Assembly: GCA_021648285.1 (NCBI GenBank)
Contig: JAKITC010000006.1
Location: 10,057-74,056, forward strand
Direction: 5' to 3'
Length of the DNA stretch: 64,000 bases
Source of the DNA: Sulfurimonas sp.
GTDB taxonomy: Bacteria > Campylobacterota > Campylobacteria > Campylobacterales > Sulfurimonadaceae
The notes beneath the pieces were generated by a model. It did no database searches and was not told the DNA's origin. It worked only from the letters and a program-made list of their open reading frames with translations. Position numbers and translations under genes: made by a program. Positions 9,321 through 19,944 of this stretch are shown here, piece after piece (position 1 is the stretch's first letter; the number at the start of each line of letters is the position of its first letter).

Positions 9321-10341
9321 TCCAAACCCCTTCAAGTCCATATCCGCAATATGGACATGTTCCCTTTTCATCTAACTTATTAGTCACAAACTGCCCTATA
9401 TTTCCGCTACGCTCAACAACTCTATTTCCACAGCTTGGACAGTATGTAGATTCATAGTCTTCATTCTCAATATTACCGATATAGAGATACTTTAGCCCCT
9501 CCTCTTGACCTATTTTATAGGCTCTAAGCAGTGTAAATTCCGGTGTACGGGGGACATCGAGCATCTTATACATAGGGTGAAAGGCTGATAGATGCCAAGG
9601 TATAGACGGGTCAAGTTCTGCTATAAATTTTGCGATACCACGAATCTCTTCATCAGAATCATTCTTACCGGGAATAAGCAGTGTAGTTATCTCTATCCAA
9701 ATCCCTTTCTCATGTGCATATCTGACTGCATCAAGTACCGGTTTTAGTCTTGCACCACAAATCTCTTTGTAAAACTCATTATTAAAAGATTTAATATCTA
9801 TATTCATACCATCTATATATGGCTCTAGCAGGTCTATCGCTTTATGTGTCTCATACCCACTTGTAACATAAATATTTTTTAATCCCTTTTCATGAGCTAG
9901 TTTCGCCGTATCATAAGTGTACTCAAAAAAGACTATGGGTTCATTGTAGGTATAAGCGATTGAGTCACATCCGTTTTCCTGTGCGAGTTCAACTATACGC
10001 TCAGGTGAAAGTTCTTGACCTACAATCTCACGATTATGCTCTTTTGGGTATTGTGAAATATCGTAGTTTTGACAAAACTTGCAAGAGAAGTTACATCCAA
10101 CTGTTCCCACTGAAAATGCTCTGCTTTTTGGTAAAAAATGATACAACGGTTTTTTTTCTACAGGGTCAACATTTACAGCAGCGGCAAGTCCGTAAACAAG
10201 TAGTCTTAGCTCACCATTTTCCACTTTTCTAACACTACAGATGCCATACTCACCCTCATCTAGTACACAAGCTTGTGAACACGCTTGACATAAAATCTTT
10301 CCATTTTTAAGCTCTTTGCTCAACCATGCTTTTTCTGACAT
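9316..10341 (-). CDS. amrS: AmmeMemoRadiSam system radical SAM enzyme
   Basis: CQAC..C, DPVEKKPLYHF, GCNFSCKFCQN, IAYTYNEP, C-terminal CPSC/CPYC. Confidence 0.92.
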   Translation of the reverse strand: MSEKAWLSKELKNGKILCQACSQACVLDEGEYGICSVRKVENGELRLLVYGLAAAVNVDPVEKKPLYHFLPKSRAFSVGTVGCNFSCKFCQNYDISQYPKEHNREIVGQELSPERIVELAQENGCDSIAYTYNEPIVFFEYTYDTAKLAHEKGLKNIYVTSGYETHKAIDLLEPYIDGMNIDIKSFNNEFYKEICGARLKPVLDAVRYAHEKGIWIEITTLLIPGKNDSDEEIRGIAKFIAELDPSIPWHLSAFHPMYKMLDVPRTPEFTLLRAYKIGQEEGLKYLYIGNIENEDYESTYCPSCGNRVVERSGNIGQFVTNKLDEKGTCPYCGYGLEGVWK

Positions 10342-10368
10342 TTTGTTCTCCTCTTAATCTATAATCAT

Positions 10369-11802
10369 CTATCCTTTTGCGGCTTTCAAAAATGCATCAA
10401 CCCACCAATATACATCAAATTTTTTAACATTATTTTGCATGTTTTCCATCCGTTGTTGTTTATCTTGCGGCTCCATAGACAAAGCTTTTTTAATAGTGCT
10501 GATCACAGACTCTTCATCATAAGGATTAACAATAAGTGCATCATCTTTAAACTGGTATTTTACTCCGGCAAACTCACTGAGTATCAACACTCCGTCTTTA
10601 TCTATATTTGCAGCACAGTACTCCTTTGCTATTAGGTTCATCCCATCTTTTAAAGGGGTAACCAGCGCAATTTCAGAAGCTCTGTAATAAGCAAGAAGCT
10701 CTGTTCTGCTTAACGAGTGGTAGCTATACTGTACCGGAATCCATCCAAGTTGGCTAAACTTACCATTTATTTCGCCTACAAGTTCTTCTATCTCACTTTT
10801 AAGCTCTGAATATTTCTCTATATCTTCTCGGCTTGGCACCATAATCTGCACCAGTTTAATTTTTGTTCGTAACTTTGGGTTCTTACTAAGAAGGGCTCTG
10901 TACGCCTTAAGCCTTTGGGGGATTCCTTTACTATAATCTAACCTGTCTATTCCTAAAATGATCTTTTGTCCTGAGTAGCCCTTTTTTATATCATTAGTAA
11001 TTTTTGAAACCTCTTCACTTCTTGCTTGTGTAGAAAATTTATCATAATCGATACTAATAGGGAAAACTCCTACCTTATGCTTACTTTTTTTAGTAATTAC
11101 TGTAGTTATATCAAGCTCAGTTCCATCAATAACAGCATCTCCTATCAATGACTTTACAACTTCCAAAAAGTTTTTCTTGTCAAGCTCAGTATGAAAGCCT
11201 ATAAGATCATACGATAGAAGTGCCTTCGCCACATTCAAACGCCATGGCATACGATTAAAAGTCTCTAAAGGAGGAAAAGGAATATGAAGAAAAAAAGCCA
11301 TCTTATTTTTAACACCGTTTTTTCTTAAATCTTTACCCGTGTTAATCAAATGGTAGTCATGAATCCATATAAAGTCATCTTCCATAAGCTCATCTATAAT
11401 CGCGTGAGCAAATATTCGGTTTATCTTTTGATAGGCTTTATAAGAGATTAGTTCAAACTTACAGTAGGCGGACATATTGTGAAAAAGCGGCCAGAGCATC
11501 TCATTTGAAAAGCCTTTGTAATAAAGTTCATAATCCTTTAAACTTATATCTACAGATCTGTACTTATAGTTTAAATCCTCTCCTTCTTTTCTTAGAAGTT
11601 CATCAACCGCGATATTCTCTTCTAGATAGTTTCCTGCCCAACCAACCCAGATACCGGAATATTTTTGTAAGACCGGTTTCATAGCTGTAATAAGACCTCC
11701 AGATGTATGACCAAGTTTGTACCCACCATCAATAGTTTTTTTTACTACTACAGGGAGTCTGTTTGAGGCAATAATCAATCTACCTTTTTTTAAGTCTTGC
11801 AT
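10369..11802 (-). CDS. otsA: Trehalose-6-phosphate synthase (GT20)
   Basis: SNRLP, WIHDYHL, FFLHIPFP, GIDRLDYSKG, DGMNL, LSEFAG; start probably MQDL (track 11817). Confidence 0.93.
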   Translation of the reverse strand: MQDLKKGRLIIASNRLPVVVKKTIDGGYKLGHTSGGLITAMKPVLQKYSGIWVGWAGNYLEENIAVDELLRKEGEDLNYKYRSVDISLKDYELYYKGFSNEMLWPLFHNMSAYCKFELISYKAYQKINRIFAHAIIDELMEDDFIWIHDYHLINTGKDLRKNGVKNKMAFFLHIPFPPLETFNRMPWRLNVAKALLSYDLIGFHTELDKKNFLEVVKSLIGDAVIDGTELDITTVITKKSKHKVGVFPISIDYDKFSTQARSEEVSKITNDIKKGYSGQKIILGIDRLDYSKGIPQRLKAYRALLSKNPKLRTKIKLVQIMVPSREDIEKYSELKSEIEELVGEINGKFSQLGWIPVQYSYHSLSRTELLAYYRASEIALVTPLKDGMNLIAKEYCAANIDKDGVLILSEFAGVKYQFKDDALIVNPYDEESVISTIKKALSMEPQDKQQRMENMQNNVKKFDVYWWVDAFLKAAKG

Positions 11803-11813
11803 AGTTTTTCCTT

Positions 11814-14800
11814 TCACAAATTACTATAATCTATCTCTTTAGTCTCACCGCTGCTAAGCGTAAAACTCTTACCTTTTATATCCATTGTTATTACCTTTGC
11901 ATTTGAAGTCTGGGCTTTTACAACAACGCTCTGAGAATTGATATTAACATTAAGCCACTGTCCTCTATAGTGAAGTTTAAGTTTTATCTCCTGCAACTCT
12001 TTTGGAAGGGATGGATTAAGATGCAAAATATCATCTCTAGCTTCCAAACCGGTGTAACAGCGTTGTATCATATCCATAGTACCTGCCATAGCACCAATGT
12101 GCACACCTTCAGGTGTGGTATTTCCTTGAGTGTCTGCTATGTCAGTCAACAGAGCTTTATTAAAAAACTCCCACGACTCTTTCCTATTTACTTGCGCGCT
12201 TACCCAAGCGTGCACAACTTGACTTAAAGAGGAGCCACTTGAGGTTCTTTGCAGATAATATTTAACATTTTTCTTATGCATAGCTTGAGAAAACCTGTAA
12301 CCAAGCTGATGAAAGAGCTTTTTGAGTTCTTCATTAGAAAATAGGTAAAAAAGCATTAATACATCAGCCTGCTTTGAGAGCTTATAGTTGTTGGCACTAT
12401 CACCTTCGGCTTCGAGTATTCTGTCCAAACGCTGAATATTGCTGTATTTATTACGATAAGCATCCCAATCAAGCTCTTTGAGCTCCTCATATCCCTCAAA
12501 CTGGCTGATAATATTGCCATCGTGAAAAGGTATTTTCATTCTCTTGCGTATATCTTCCCATCTTTTTATCTCTGTTTTCTCTATCTGGAGTTTTTCACAT
12601 AACTCACTAAACTGCATTGGTGAAAGTATACTTTGCAGTTCTACTGCCTTATTGAGAACAAATACAGCCATAATATTTGTGTAGGCATTGTTTTTAACTC
12701 CAGGATTTTCACTATTTGGATAGGCATCATGATACTCATCAGGTCCAATAACATCTAATATCTCATATCTTTCTTCGACACTGTTATATGTTGCGATACT
12801 TGACCAGAATCTGGCAATTTCAAGTATCATCTCCGCACCGTAAAAAGATAAAAAATCGCTGTCATCGCTTACTTGATAATATTGCCAAATATTGTAAACA
12901 ATAGCCGAGTTTATATGCCGTTGAAGATGGGTATTATCTTTGAGCCATCTGTTAGACTGAGGGTTGAGATGAATTGTCTGTGTCTCCTCTTTGCCGTTAC
13001 TTCCACTTTGCCACGGGTACATAGCACCTTTGTATCCCAAAACCTTTGCAGCACGTCTCGCTTCAGGAAGCCTTCTATAGCGATAAAGCATAAGGCTGCG
13101 TGTTATTTGTGGAAGCCTGTAGTTAAAAAAAGGAAAAATATATATCTCATCCCAAAAGATATGACCTCGGTAAGCCTCTCCGTGCCAACCTCTAGCCGGA
13201 ATACCAACATCCATATCAATGTTATGAATGGAAGCAGTCTGTAAAAGATGAAAAGTATAAAGATGCAATACTCTCTTTAGAAAATAATCTTTTTTTATAT
13301 CTCTAAGATTTAGATCAATATCAAAATTATTCCAGAGATGTTTCCAAGCCATTTTATGACTATAAAGCATATTTTCAAATCTTCCTATATCTTCTAATGC
13401 AAGTTGGGCTTCAAGATAACAGTTTGATATCGCTTTATCTTTTGATGAATATAACGATACACTTTTTTCTACATGAAGATGATCTTCGCTACTTATAGAC
13501 TCTATAAAAAAACGTTTAGCAATATAAGAGTCGCGTTCTATCAATCTAGCTTCTACAAAAAGTGGCTCATCATTTAAAAAAAGTTTTGTTTTGGCTGCCA
13601 TGGAAACAGTAAGATTTGACTGTACCGTTTCCATCTTTAAAAAGATCTTATCACTTTGTAGCTCTTTTTCCACACATTTAAGATGCTCACTGCTTAAATC
13701 ACTGTAGCGTTCGACCCCTGTATTTTTTATATTGCCATCAATACCAGATTCTATTTCAATGCTTCCTTCCCAGTTAATTGGCATAATAGTAAGTTCTATT
13801 GAGGCGATATGCTTATTTCCCATATTAACAAAACGTCTCTCTACTAGCCTAGTCTCTCTTCCTGTTCCATCACTGAAGTGTATAAGTTTATGAAGAACTC
13901 CGTCTTGCATATCAAGTTCTTGACGAAAAGATATAATTGTAGTCTCATCTATGTTAAACCAATCGCCATCTTTTATTCTAAATTTCAGCCTCAACCAGTT
14001 TGGAAAGTTGACCAGATCTTCATTTTTAATCTCCTTGCCCTGAATCTCTGTTCTAAGTCTATTATATCCTCCGGCCATATATGTTCCAGGATAATGTATA
14101 TCATCAGCCCTTGATTCTGTTGCAGATGACCTAGTAACAAAGTAACCATTGCCTAGCGCACAAAGAACCTCTCTTAACTTCTCCTCTTTAGGTGCATAAT
14201 TATCATATGTTAAGGACCAAATATTACCTTTTTCTATAGACGAAGATAGTATCTCTAAAAAATGTAAGGTCTGGTCTGTATTTTTTAACTTATATTGGGC
14301 TCCCGTAGTTCGTGCCTGACCTCCAACTAATATCCCTATTCCATATGTTTTAATCGCATCAAAAGCATCTTCATCAGTGATATCATCACCTATATAGAAT
14401 ATTTTACTTCCCCTCTTCTCTATATTAAGTGCTTCCATAAGCCACTCTAAGGCTTTACCCTTATTCCACTCTAAATCTGGTTGCAGCTCGTACACCTTTT
14501 TACCATAGCTCTTACGGATTTTAGGATATTTAATTACCGCATTATCTGCTGCTTTTTCAACAATATCAACTTCACTATCTGATACATTTCTATAGTGAAG
14601 AGCAATACTGAATTTTTTACGCTCAACCAATGCTCCTTCTACCCCGGATAAAAAATTGGTAAGTTCTATCTCCAATTCGTCAAATATTTCAACAAATTCC
14701 AAAGCAGGTTGATACTCCATTTTAATACTGGGACCTTCAATCTCATAACCGTGACTACCGGAGTAATAGATTCCCTTAATACCAACTTTACTTTTAATAT

Positions 14801-15785
14801 CATTAAGCCCTCTGCCGCTTATTACGGCCAAAGTGCACTGATTTGAGAGTTCTATAAGTGTATTCTTCATCTCTACAGAAAGATTTGCATCTTTTGGATG
14901 TGAAACAATAGGAGTGACCGTTCCATCATAATCAAAAAAGAGTACAACCTCTTTATCTTTAAACTGGCTTTCTATCTTTTTAAAGGATTGTAGTGCCGAA
15001 GGAAGTTCTGTTGTTTTTGTCTCAATATCAAGCTCTTGGAGATCTTTAACAACCAAATCTGCCCCAGCTTTCATCAACTGTTTTTTATGCCTATTTCTAT
15101 TAACACCGATAACTTTTCCAAACCCACCTTTTTTTCCCGCCTCTACTCCGGCAATGGCATCCTCTATAACAATAGCTTTGCTTGGTTCAATATTAAGTCT
15201 TTTCAGAGCCTCTAAAAAAAGATCAGGTTCTGGCTTTCCTTTTAGATCCAAATTTTGAAGATCAAGTCCATCTACGATAGTATTAAAGTATAAGTTGAGA
15301 TTGGCTGATTGCAGTATCAATCTAGCATTTTTACTTGAGGAGACTAGTGCGGTTAAAAAACCGAAATTTTTTAGCTTTAAAAGTAGTTCTATCGAACTTT
15401 CATATGGTTGTATGCCTTGTGATATAAGGTCTAAAAAATAGCCGTTTTTTACATTTCCTAAAGCAGCGATACTATCTATATCTTTTGTGTCATCGCTAGC
15501 TCCATCAGGAAGTTTTATATCTCTTGATGCAAGAAAACTTCTTATTCCTTCACTTCTTGGCTTTCCATCCACATAAGTAAGATAATCTGCAGAGATATCA
15601 AATGGGGTAAAAGTTTTAGCAACAGCCCTATTTTTTAAAAATTCATCAAACGCTTTTTTCCATGCCAGTGCATGGGTCTTTTGTGTTTGTGTAATGACAC
15701 CATCAAGGTCAAATATAACGGCGTCGTATTGTGACTTTTTTATAATATATTTATCTTTTATGCTCATAAAAATACCCCCATTCAA
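11814..15785 (-). CDS. Tri-domain protein: beta-phosphoglucomutase-like HAD + trehalose-6-phosphate phosphatase + GH65 glycoside phosphorylase
   Basis: FDLDGV/GKPEPD (beta-PGM-like), FDYDGT/SGR/GSHG/GDDITDE (OtsB), GEAYRGHIFWDE, GPDEYH, KQADV (GH65). Confidence 0.9.
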   Translation of the reverse strand: MNGGIFMSIKDKYIIKKSQYDAVIFDLDGVITQTQKTHALAWKKAFDEFLKNRAVAKTFTPFDISADYLTYVDGKPRSEGIRSFLASRDIKLPDGASDDTKDIDSIAALGNVKNGYFLDLISQGIQPYESSIELLLKLKNFGFLTALVSSSKNARLILQSANLNLYFNTIVDGLDLQNLDLKGKPEPDLFLEALKRLNIEPSKAIVIEDAIAGVEAGKKGGFGKVIGVNRNRHKKQLMKAGADLVVKDLQELDIETKTTELPSALQSFKKIESQFKDKEVVLFFDYDGTVTPIVSHPKDANLSVEMKNTLIELSNQCTLAVISGRGLNDIKSKVGIKGIYYSGSHGYEIEGPSIKMEYQPALEFVEIFDELEIELTNFLSGVEGALVERKKFSIALHYRNVSDSEVDIVEKAADNAVIKYPKIRKSYGKKVYELQPDLEWNKGKALEWLMEALNIEKRGSKIFYIGDDITDEDAFDAIKTYGIGILVGGQARTTGAQYKLKNTDQTLHFLEILSSSIEKGNIWSLTYDNYAPKEEKLREVLCALGNGYFVTRSSATESRADDIHYPGTYMAGGYNRLRTEIQGKEIKNEDLVNFPNWLRLKFRIKDGDWFNIDETTIISFRQELDMQDGVLHKLIHFSDGTGRETRLVERRFVNMGNKHIASIELTIMPINWEGSIEIESGIDGNIKNTGVERYSDLSSEHLKCVEKELQSDKIFLKMETVQSNLTVSMAAKTKLFLNDEPLFVEARLIERDSYIAKRFFIESISSEDHLHVEKSVSLYSSKDKAISNCYLEAQLALEDIGRFENMLYSHKMAWKHLWNNFDIDLNLRDIKKDYFLKRVLHLYTFHLLQTASIHNIDMDVGIPARGWHGEAYRGHIFWDEIYIFPFFNYRLPQITRSLMLYRYRRLPEARRAAKVLGYKGAMYPWQSGSNGKEETQTIHLNPQSNRWLKDNTHLQRHINSAIVYNIWQYYQVSDDSDFLSFYGAEMILEIARFWSSIATYNSVEERYEILDVIGPDEYHDAYPNSENPGVKNNAYTNIMAVFVLNKAVELQSILSPMQFSELCEKLQIEKTEIKRWEDIRKRMKIPFHDGNIISQFEGYEELKELDWDAYRNKYSNIQRLDRILEAEGDSANNYKLSKQADVLMLFYLFSNEELKKLFHQLGYRFSQAMHKKNVKYYLQRTSSGSSLSQVVHAWVSAQVNRKESWEFFNKALLTDIADTQGNTTPEGVHIGAMAGTMDMIQRCYTGLEARDDILHLNPSLPKELQEIKLKLHYRGQWLNVNINSQSVVVKAQTSNAKVITMDIKGKSFTLSSGETKEIDYSNL

Positions 15786-15856
15786 AAAATAAAGAAACTC
15801 TGAATAAATCTATTATAACACTTTTATCCGTTCAATCACAATAAAAAGGAGCAGTT

Positions 15857-16468
15857 TTAAAAAATCAATGGTACAAATGTAAAACCATAATGCTCAATGG
15901 CTTCTAGTTCTCCACTCTCTTTTTTTGTAACTTCAAAAATTGAGTTTTGAACTGGAACTACAAGTTTTCCGCCAATACTCAACTGCTTTATCAACTCTTG
16001 CGGAAATTCATCAGCCGCAGCAGATACTAATATACGGTCAAATGTTTCACCGACAATACCTAGTGCATCTTCGGCTTGAATTATTTTTGAATTTTTAAAA
16101 TTATATTTTTGAAGATTTTTACTTCCAAACTCTACAAGAGAGCTAACTCTTTCGAGCCCGATTACAGAACCTGTATCTCCGACTATAAAACTAAGCAGTG
16201 CTGTTGTCCAGCCTGAACCGCTTCCAATATCTAAGATTTTTTCTCCCTTATGAGGTGAGAGCATCTCCAACATCATAGCAACAGTTGTCGGTTGAGAGAT
16301 AGTTTGCCCTTTTGCAATTAGAAGCGGATAATCTCCATATACGTCTGGAACAGTCGGGTCAGAAACAAAATCTACCTTATCTACATGTACAAAAGCATCT
16401 GTTATATTCCTGGAACGAAGTGTGCCAGTGTTTAGAAGATGGTTGACTAAATCGTCATTTGAAATCAT
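15857..16468 (-). CDS. pcm: Protein-L-isoaspartate O-methyltransferase
   Basis: GQTISQP, LDIGSGSGW, FDRILVSAA, GGKLVVPV, FTFVPL. Confidence 0.92.
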   Translation of the reverse strand: MISNDDLVNHLLNTGTLRSRNITDAFVHVDKVDFVSDPTVPDVYGDYPLLIAKGQTISQPTTVAMMLEMLSPHKGEKILDIGSGSGWTTALLSFIVGDTGSVIGLERVSSLVEFGSKNLQKYNFKNSKIIQAEDALGIVGETFDRILVSAAADEFPQELIKQLSIGGKLVVPVQNSIFEVTKKESGELEAIEHYGFTFVPLIF

Positions 16469-16469
16469 T

Positions 16470-17585
16470 TTAGCTCCCTAAGAGTGTCTCAAGTGCTTGA
16501 AACTCCAAACCTTGTGCTCGTGCGACAGCCTTGTTTGTTATTACCCCATTAAAGACATTTACTCCAAGAGCAAGTGAAGAGTCATTTTTAATCGCATCAA
16601 CAGAGCCCTCATTAGCCAGTTTTCTAACATGAGGAAGTGTAGCATTAGTCAAAGCAACTGTAGCAGTTTTTGGATATGCTCCGGGCATATTGGCAACGCA
16701 GTAATGAAGAACACCCTCCTCTATATAAATCGGGTTTGTATGTGTCGTAGGTCTTGAAGTTTCAGATATACCACCTTGGTCAATAGCCACATCTACTAAA
16801 ATAGTTCCATCTCTCATCTCTTTTAACATGTCACGCGTAATTAGTTTTGGTGCTGAAGCACCTCCGTGGATCAATACTGTACTTATAACAATATCAAAAT
16901 CTTTGAGTAGTTCACTAAGTATCCCTGGTGAATAAATTAATATTTTGACATGTGGAAGTAATTTTTGAAGTTCTTCTATTGCTGGCATTGAGCGATCTAC
17001 TACTGTAACTTTTCCACCCATACCTGAAGCTATTTTAGCTGCATTAAATCCGGCATTACCGGCACCTATGACTAAAACATTTGCAGGTGCAACTCCATCA
17101 GCACCGCTTATCAGAACACCCTCACCACCCTGATAACGACTAAGATGATACGCCGCTACGATTGGTGCCATCTTACCTGCTATCTCACTCATCGGCTTAA
17201 GTAATGGAAGTTGATTACCTACCGCTACAGTCTCATATGCAATAGCACAAACTTTTTTTTCTATCAACACAGAAGCCAGCTCTCTTAATGGTGCAAGATG
17301 TAAATAACAAAACAGAGTGTGACTTTCATTTAGTAAATCGTATTCCGAAGCTTGTGGTTCTTTGACTTTTACAATCAGTTTGGCACTGTCGTATAACTCT
17401 GAAGCAGTTGATACTATACTTGCTCCGGCATCAAAGTAATCGGCATCCCTAAAACCGCTTCCTTCTCCTGCACAACTCTGCACAATAACTTTATGTCCAT
17501 CTTCTACAAAAAGTTCAACATTTGACGGTGTAACACCAACACGAAACTCATCTGTTTTAACTTCTTTTGGTATACCAATTATCAT
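16470..17585 (-). CDS. ald: Alanine dehydrogenase
   Basis: MIIGIPKE, KVKEP, YLHLA, PMSEIAG, DVAIDQGG, YCVANMPG. Confidence 0.95.
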   Translation of the reverse strand: MIIGIPKEVKTDEFRVGVTPSNVELFVEDGHKVIVQSCAGEGSGFRDADYFDAGASIVSTASELYDSAKLIVKVKEPQASEYDLLNESHTLFCYLHLAPLRELASVLIEKKVCAIAYETVAVGNQLPLLKPMSEIAGKMAPIVAAYHLSRYQGGEGVLISGADGVAPANVLVIGAGNAGFNAAKIASGMGGKVTVVDRSMPAIEELQKLLPHVKILIYSPGILSELLKDFDIVISTVLIHGGASAPKLITRDMLKEMRDGTILVDVAIDQGGISETSRPTTHTNPIYIEEGVLHYCVANMPGAYPKTATVALTNATLPHVRKLANEGSVDAIKNDSSLALGVNVFNGVITNKAVARAQGLEFQALETLLGS

Positions 17586-18361
17586 GCTCTAAGTTCCTCT
17601 ATCATAATCTTTGACACGTCACTAAATACGCCATTTACACCCATATCAAAAAGCTCTTTTGCTCTAACCGAATCATTAACAGTATATACATTTACAAAGA
17701 AACCGGCTTCTCTAACCATTTGTACCGTTTGCTCATCGACAAGCACATCATCAAGATTATAAGAGTCTACATGTAGCCGTTTTAAATGCTCAATAAGGTC
17801 TTTTGGTTGTTCATCCTCAACTAGGGCCGCTGTTGGTATATTTGGCATCATCCGCTTACACATCGGAAGATACTCATGTCTAAAAGATGAGATTATAACT
17901 AGCTCTTCTACCTGTAATTTTTCAATTTCCTTAAGTACAGTAGAGACAGCTTGCTTATCGTCAAAAACTCCATGCATATCTTTAATCTCTACATTCATAT
18001 AGAGATTGTTGTCTTTTATAAATTTAAGTGCATCATGAAGTGTCAATAATGACTCATACTCTTTGTTAAACCAACTTCCATAATCAAGAGTAGAGAGTTC
18101 TTCAAATGTAAAGTCAGAGAGCAAGTAAGGCTTCCTAGACTTAAAAGCTTCTATCTCTTGTACATTTGTAGTGCGTTCTAAAGTATCATCATGCATTATT
18201 ACAGCAACTCCATCACTGCTTAACTGCACATCAATTTCCATAAAATCACAATGCCCTGCACATTTCTTTAAAGCTGATAAAGTATTCTCAGGAGCTATGG
18301 AACGGGCCCCTCTATGAGCAGCGATAAGACCGGTATTATTAAAAAGTTTTAAAAAATTCAT
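17582..18361 (-). CDS. Glycerophosphodiester phosphodiesterase
   Basis: AHRG..PENT, EIDVQ, HDDTLERTT, NVEIK, YTVND. Confidence 0.92.
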   Translation of the reverse strand: MNFLKLFNNTGLIAAHRGARSIAPENTLSALKKCAGHCDFMEIDVQLSSDGVAVIMHDDTLERTTNVQEIEAFKSRKPYLLSDFTFEELSTLDYGSWFNKEYESLLTLHDALKFIKDNNLYMNVEIKDMHGVFDDKQAVSTVLKEIEKLQVEELVIISSFRHEYLPMCKRMMPNIPTAALVEDEQPKDLIEHLKRLHVDSYNLDDVLVDEQTVQMVREAGFFVNVYTVNDSVRAKELFDMGVNGVFSDVSKIMIEELRA

Positions 18362-18407
18362 CCCCTATTCTATCATTTATTCTATGCTTTTGTGCTAAAA
18401 TTGCCGG

Positions 18408-19679
18408 ATGAATAATAATAACAAAAGTATTTACTCATGGGCTCTGTACGACTGGGCAAATTCAGCTTACGCAACTACTGTCATGGCAGGTTTTTTCCCT
18501 CTATTTTTTAAAGCTTATTACAGTGCCGATGTTGATGCGACAGTAAGTACCGCACAGCTCGGTATTGCCAACTCTATTTCTAGTTTTATTATTGTACTTA
18601 TTGCTCCTCTTTTAGGTGCTATTGCAGATGTAGCTTCCATGAGAAAAAGATTTTTGTTTATATTTGCTTACATAGGCATACTTATGAGTGCTACACTTGC
18701 TCTTGTGGGCGAAGGAAACTGGGAATTAGCAGCTTTTATATATGTACTTGGAAACGTCGGTTTTATGGGTTCAAATACATTTTACGATGGTCTTTTATCA
18801 TCTGTCTCAAGTGATAAAAATGTTGATTTTGTTTCTGGTCTTGGTTTTGCACTTGGCTATCTTGGCGGCGGCATTTTATTTGCTTTAAATGTATGGATGC
18901 TACAAGCCTACACTTTTTTTGGTTTTGAAAATGAAGCAGAGGCTATAAAGACTTCATTCATCAGTGTGGCAATCTGGTGGGCACTATTTTCACTTCCACT
19001 ACTTCTATTTATAGATGAAAAACAAAACTTACATGTAGAAAAAAAAGCCCTAATAAAAAATGGTTATCTAAGACTAAAAAACACTTTTTCTAAAATAAGA
19101 AAGTTAAGAGGTCTGCTACTATTTTTAGTAGCTTACTGGCTATATATTGATGGAGTAGACACAATTATCCGAATGGCTGTTGATTACGGAATAGCTCTTG
19201 GATTTGATCACGGCACACTTATTTTATCACTGCTTATTGTTCAGTTTGTCGGCTTTCCAGCAACACTTATATTTGCTTATCTCGCCCAGAGATGGGATAT
19301 TAAAAAGGCTATTTTTTTCGCTATTGCAATCTACTTTTTTATAACTATATGGGCATCAATGATGGATCAGGAATATGAGTTTTATATACTCGCAGTAGTG
19401 ATAGCACTTGTACAAGGTGGTATTCAGGCACTTAGCCGCTCATACTATTCCAAGATGATTCCGCTTCACCACTCTGCTGAATTTTTTGCTTTTTACAATT
19501 TCCTAGGTAAATTTGCTGCCATTTTAGGACCTCTTCTCGTGGCTTCTGTTGCTCTTATAAGTGAGAGTTCCCGCATTGCTATCGGTTCAATAGCTATATT
19601 TTTTGTGTTAGGGGCGATACTGCTTTATTTTGTGGATGAAAAAAGAATAGCTTCTGATGTACGAAGTACATTAAATTAG
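18408..19679 (+). CDS. MFS transporter (UMF1/Atg22-like)
   Basis: WALYDWANSAY, QALSRS motifs; ~12 TM segments. Confidence 0.88.
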   Translation: MNNNNKSIYSWALYDWANSAYATTVMAGFFPLFFKAYYSADVDATVSTAQLGIANSISSFIIVLIAPLLGAIADVASMRKRFLFIFAYIGILMSATLALVGEGNWELAAFIYVLGNVGFMGSNTFYDGLLSSVSSDKNVDFVSGLGFALGYLGGGILFALNVWMLQAYTFFGFENEAEAIKTSFISVAIWWALFSLPLLLFIDEKQNLHVEKKALIKNGYLRLKNTFSKIRKLRGLLLFLVAYWLYIDGVDTIIRMAVDYGIALGFDHGTLILSLLIVQFVGFPATLIFAYLAQRWDIKKAIFFAIAIYFFITIWASMMDQEYEFYILAVVIALVQGGIQALSRSYYSKMIPLHHSAEFFAFYNFLGKFAAILGPLLVASVALISESSRIAIGSIAIFFVLGAILLYFVDEKRIASDVRSTLN

Positions 19680-19690
19680 TCCATATATGA

Positions 19691-19813
19691 ATTGCAAGTG
19701 CAAATAACATAAATCCAAAAAACCTGCAAAACTGGAAGAAGCTATTTCTTGAAAATGCAGAAGTTGCAATGGAACCAGCTAAAGCTGAAAAAGGGTATCA
19801 AGGTGGTTTTTGA
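19691..19813 (+). mobile_element. IS3-family OrfA remnant
   Basis: Frame reads IASANNINPKNLQNWKKLFLENAEVAMEPAKAEKGYQ, the second half of an IS3 OrfA HTH; no start codon and no OrfB. Confidence 0.65.
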
Positions 19814-19944
19814 CTTCAAATAAATAGCATATATACATTTCCAAATTATGATACAGAGATTAGAAGCTACTCTTAAAGCCTAGCAGTGAACACTTTCACG
19901 TCACTGAAGTCAATCATCGCTTCTGATATACAAGGTGTCTTAAA

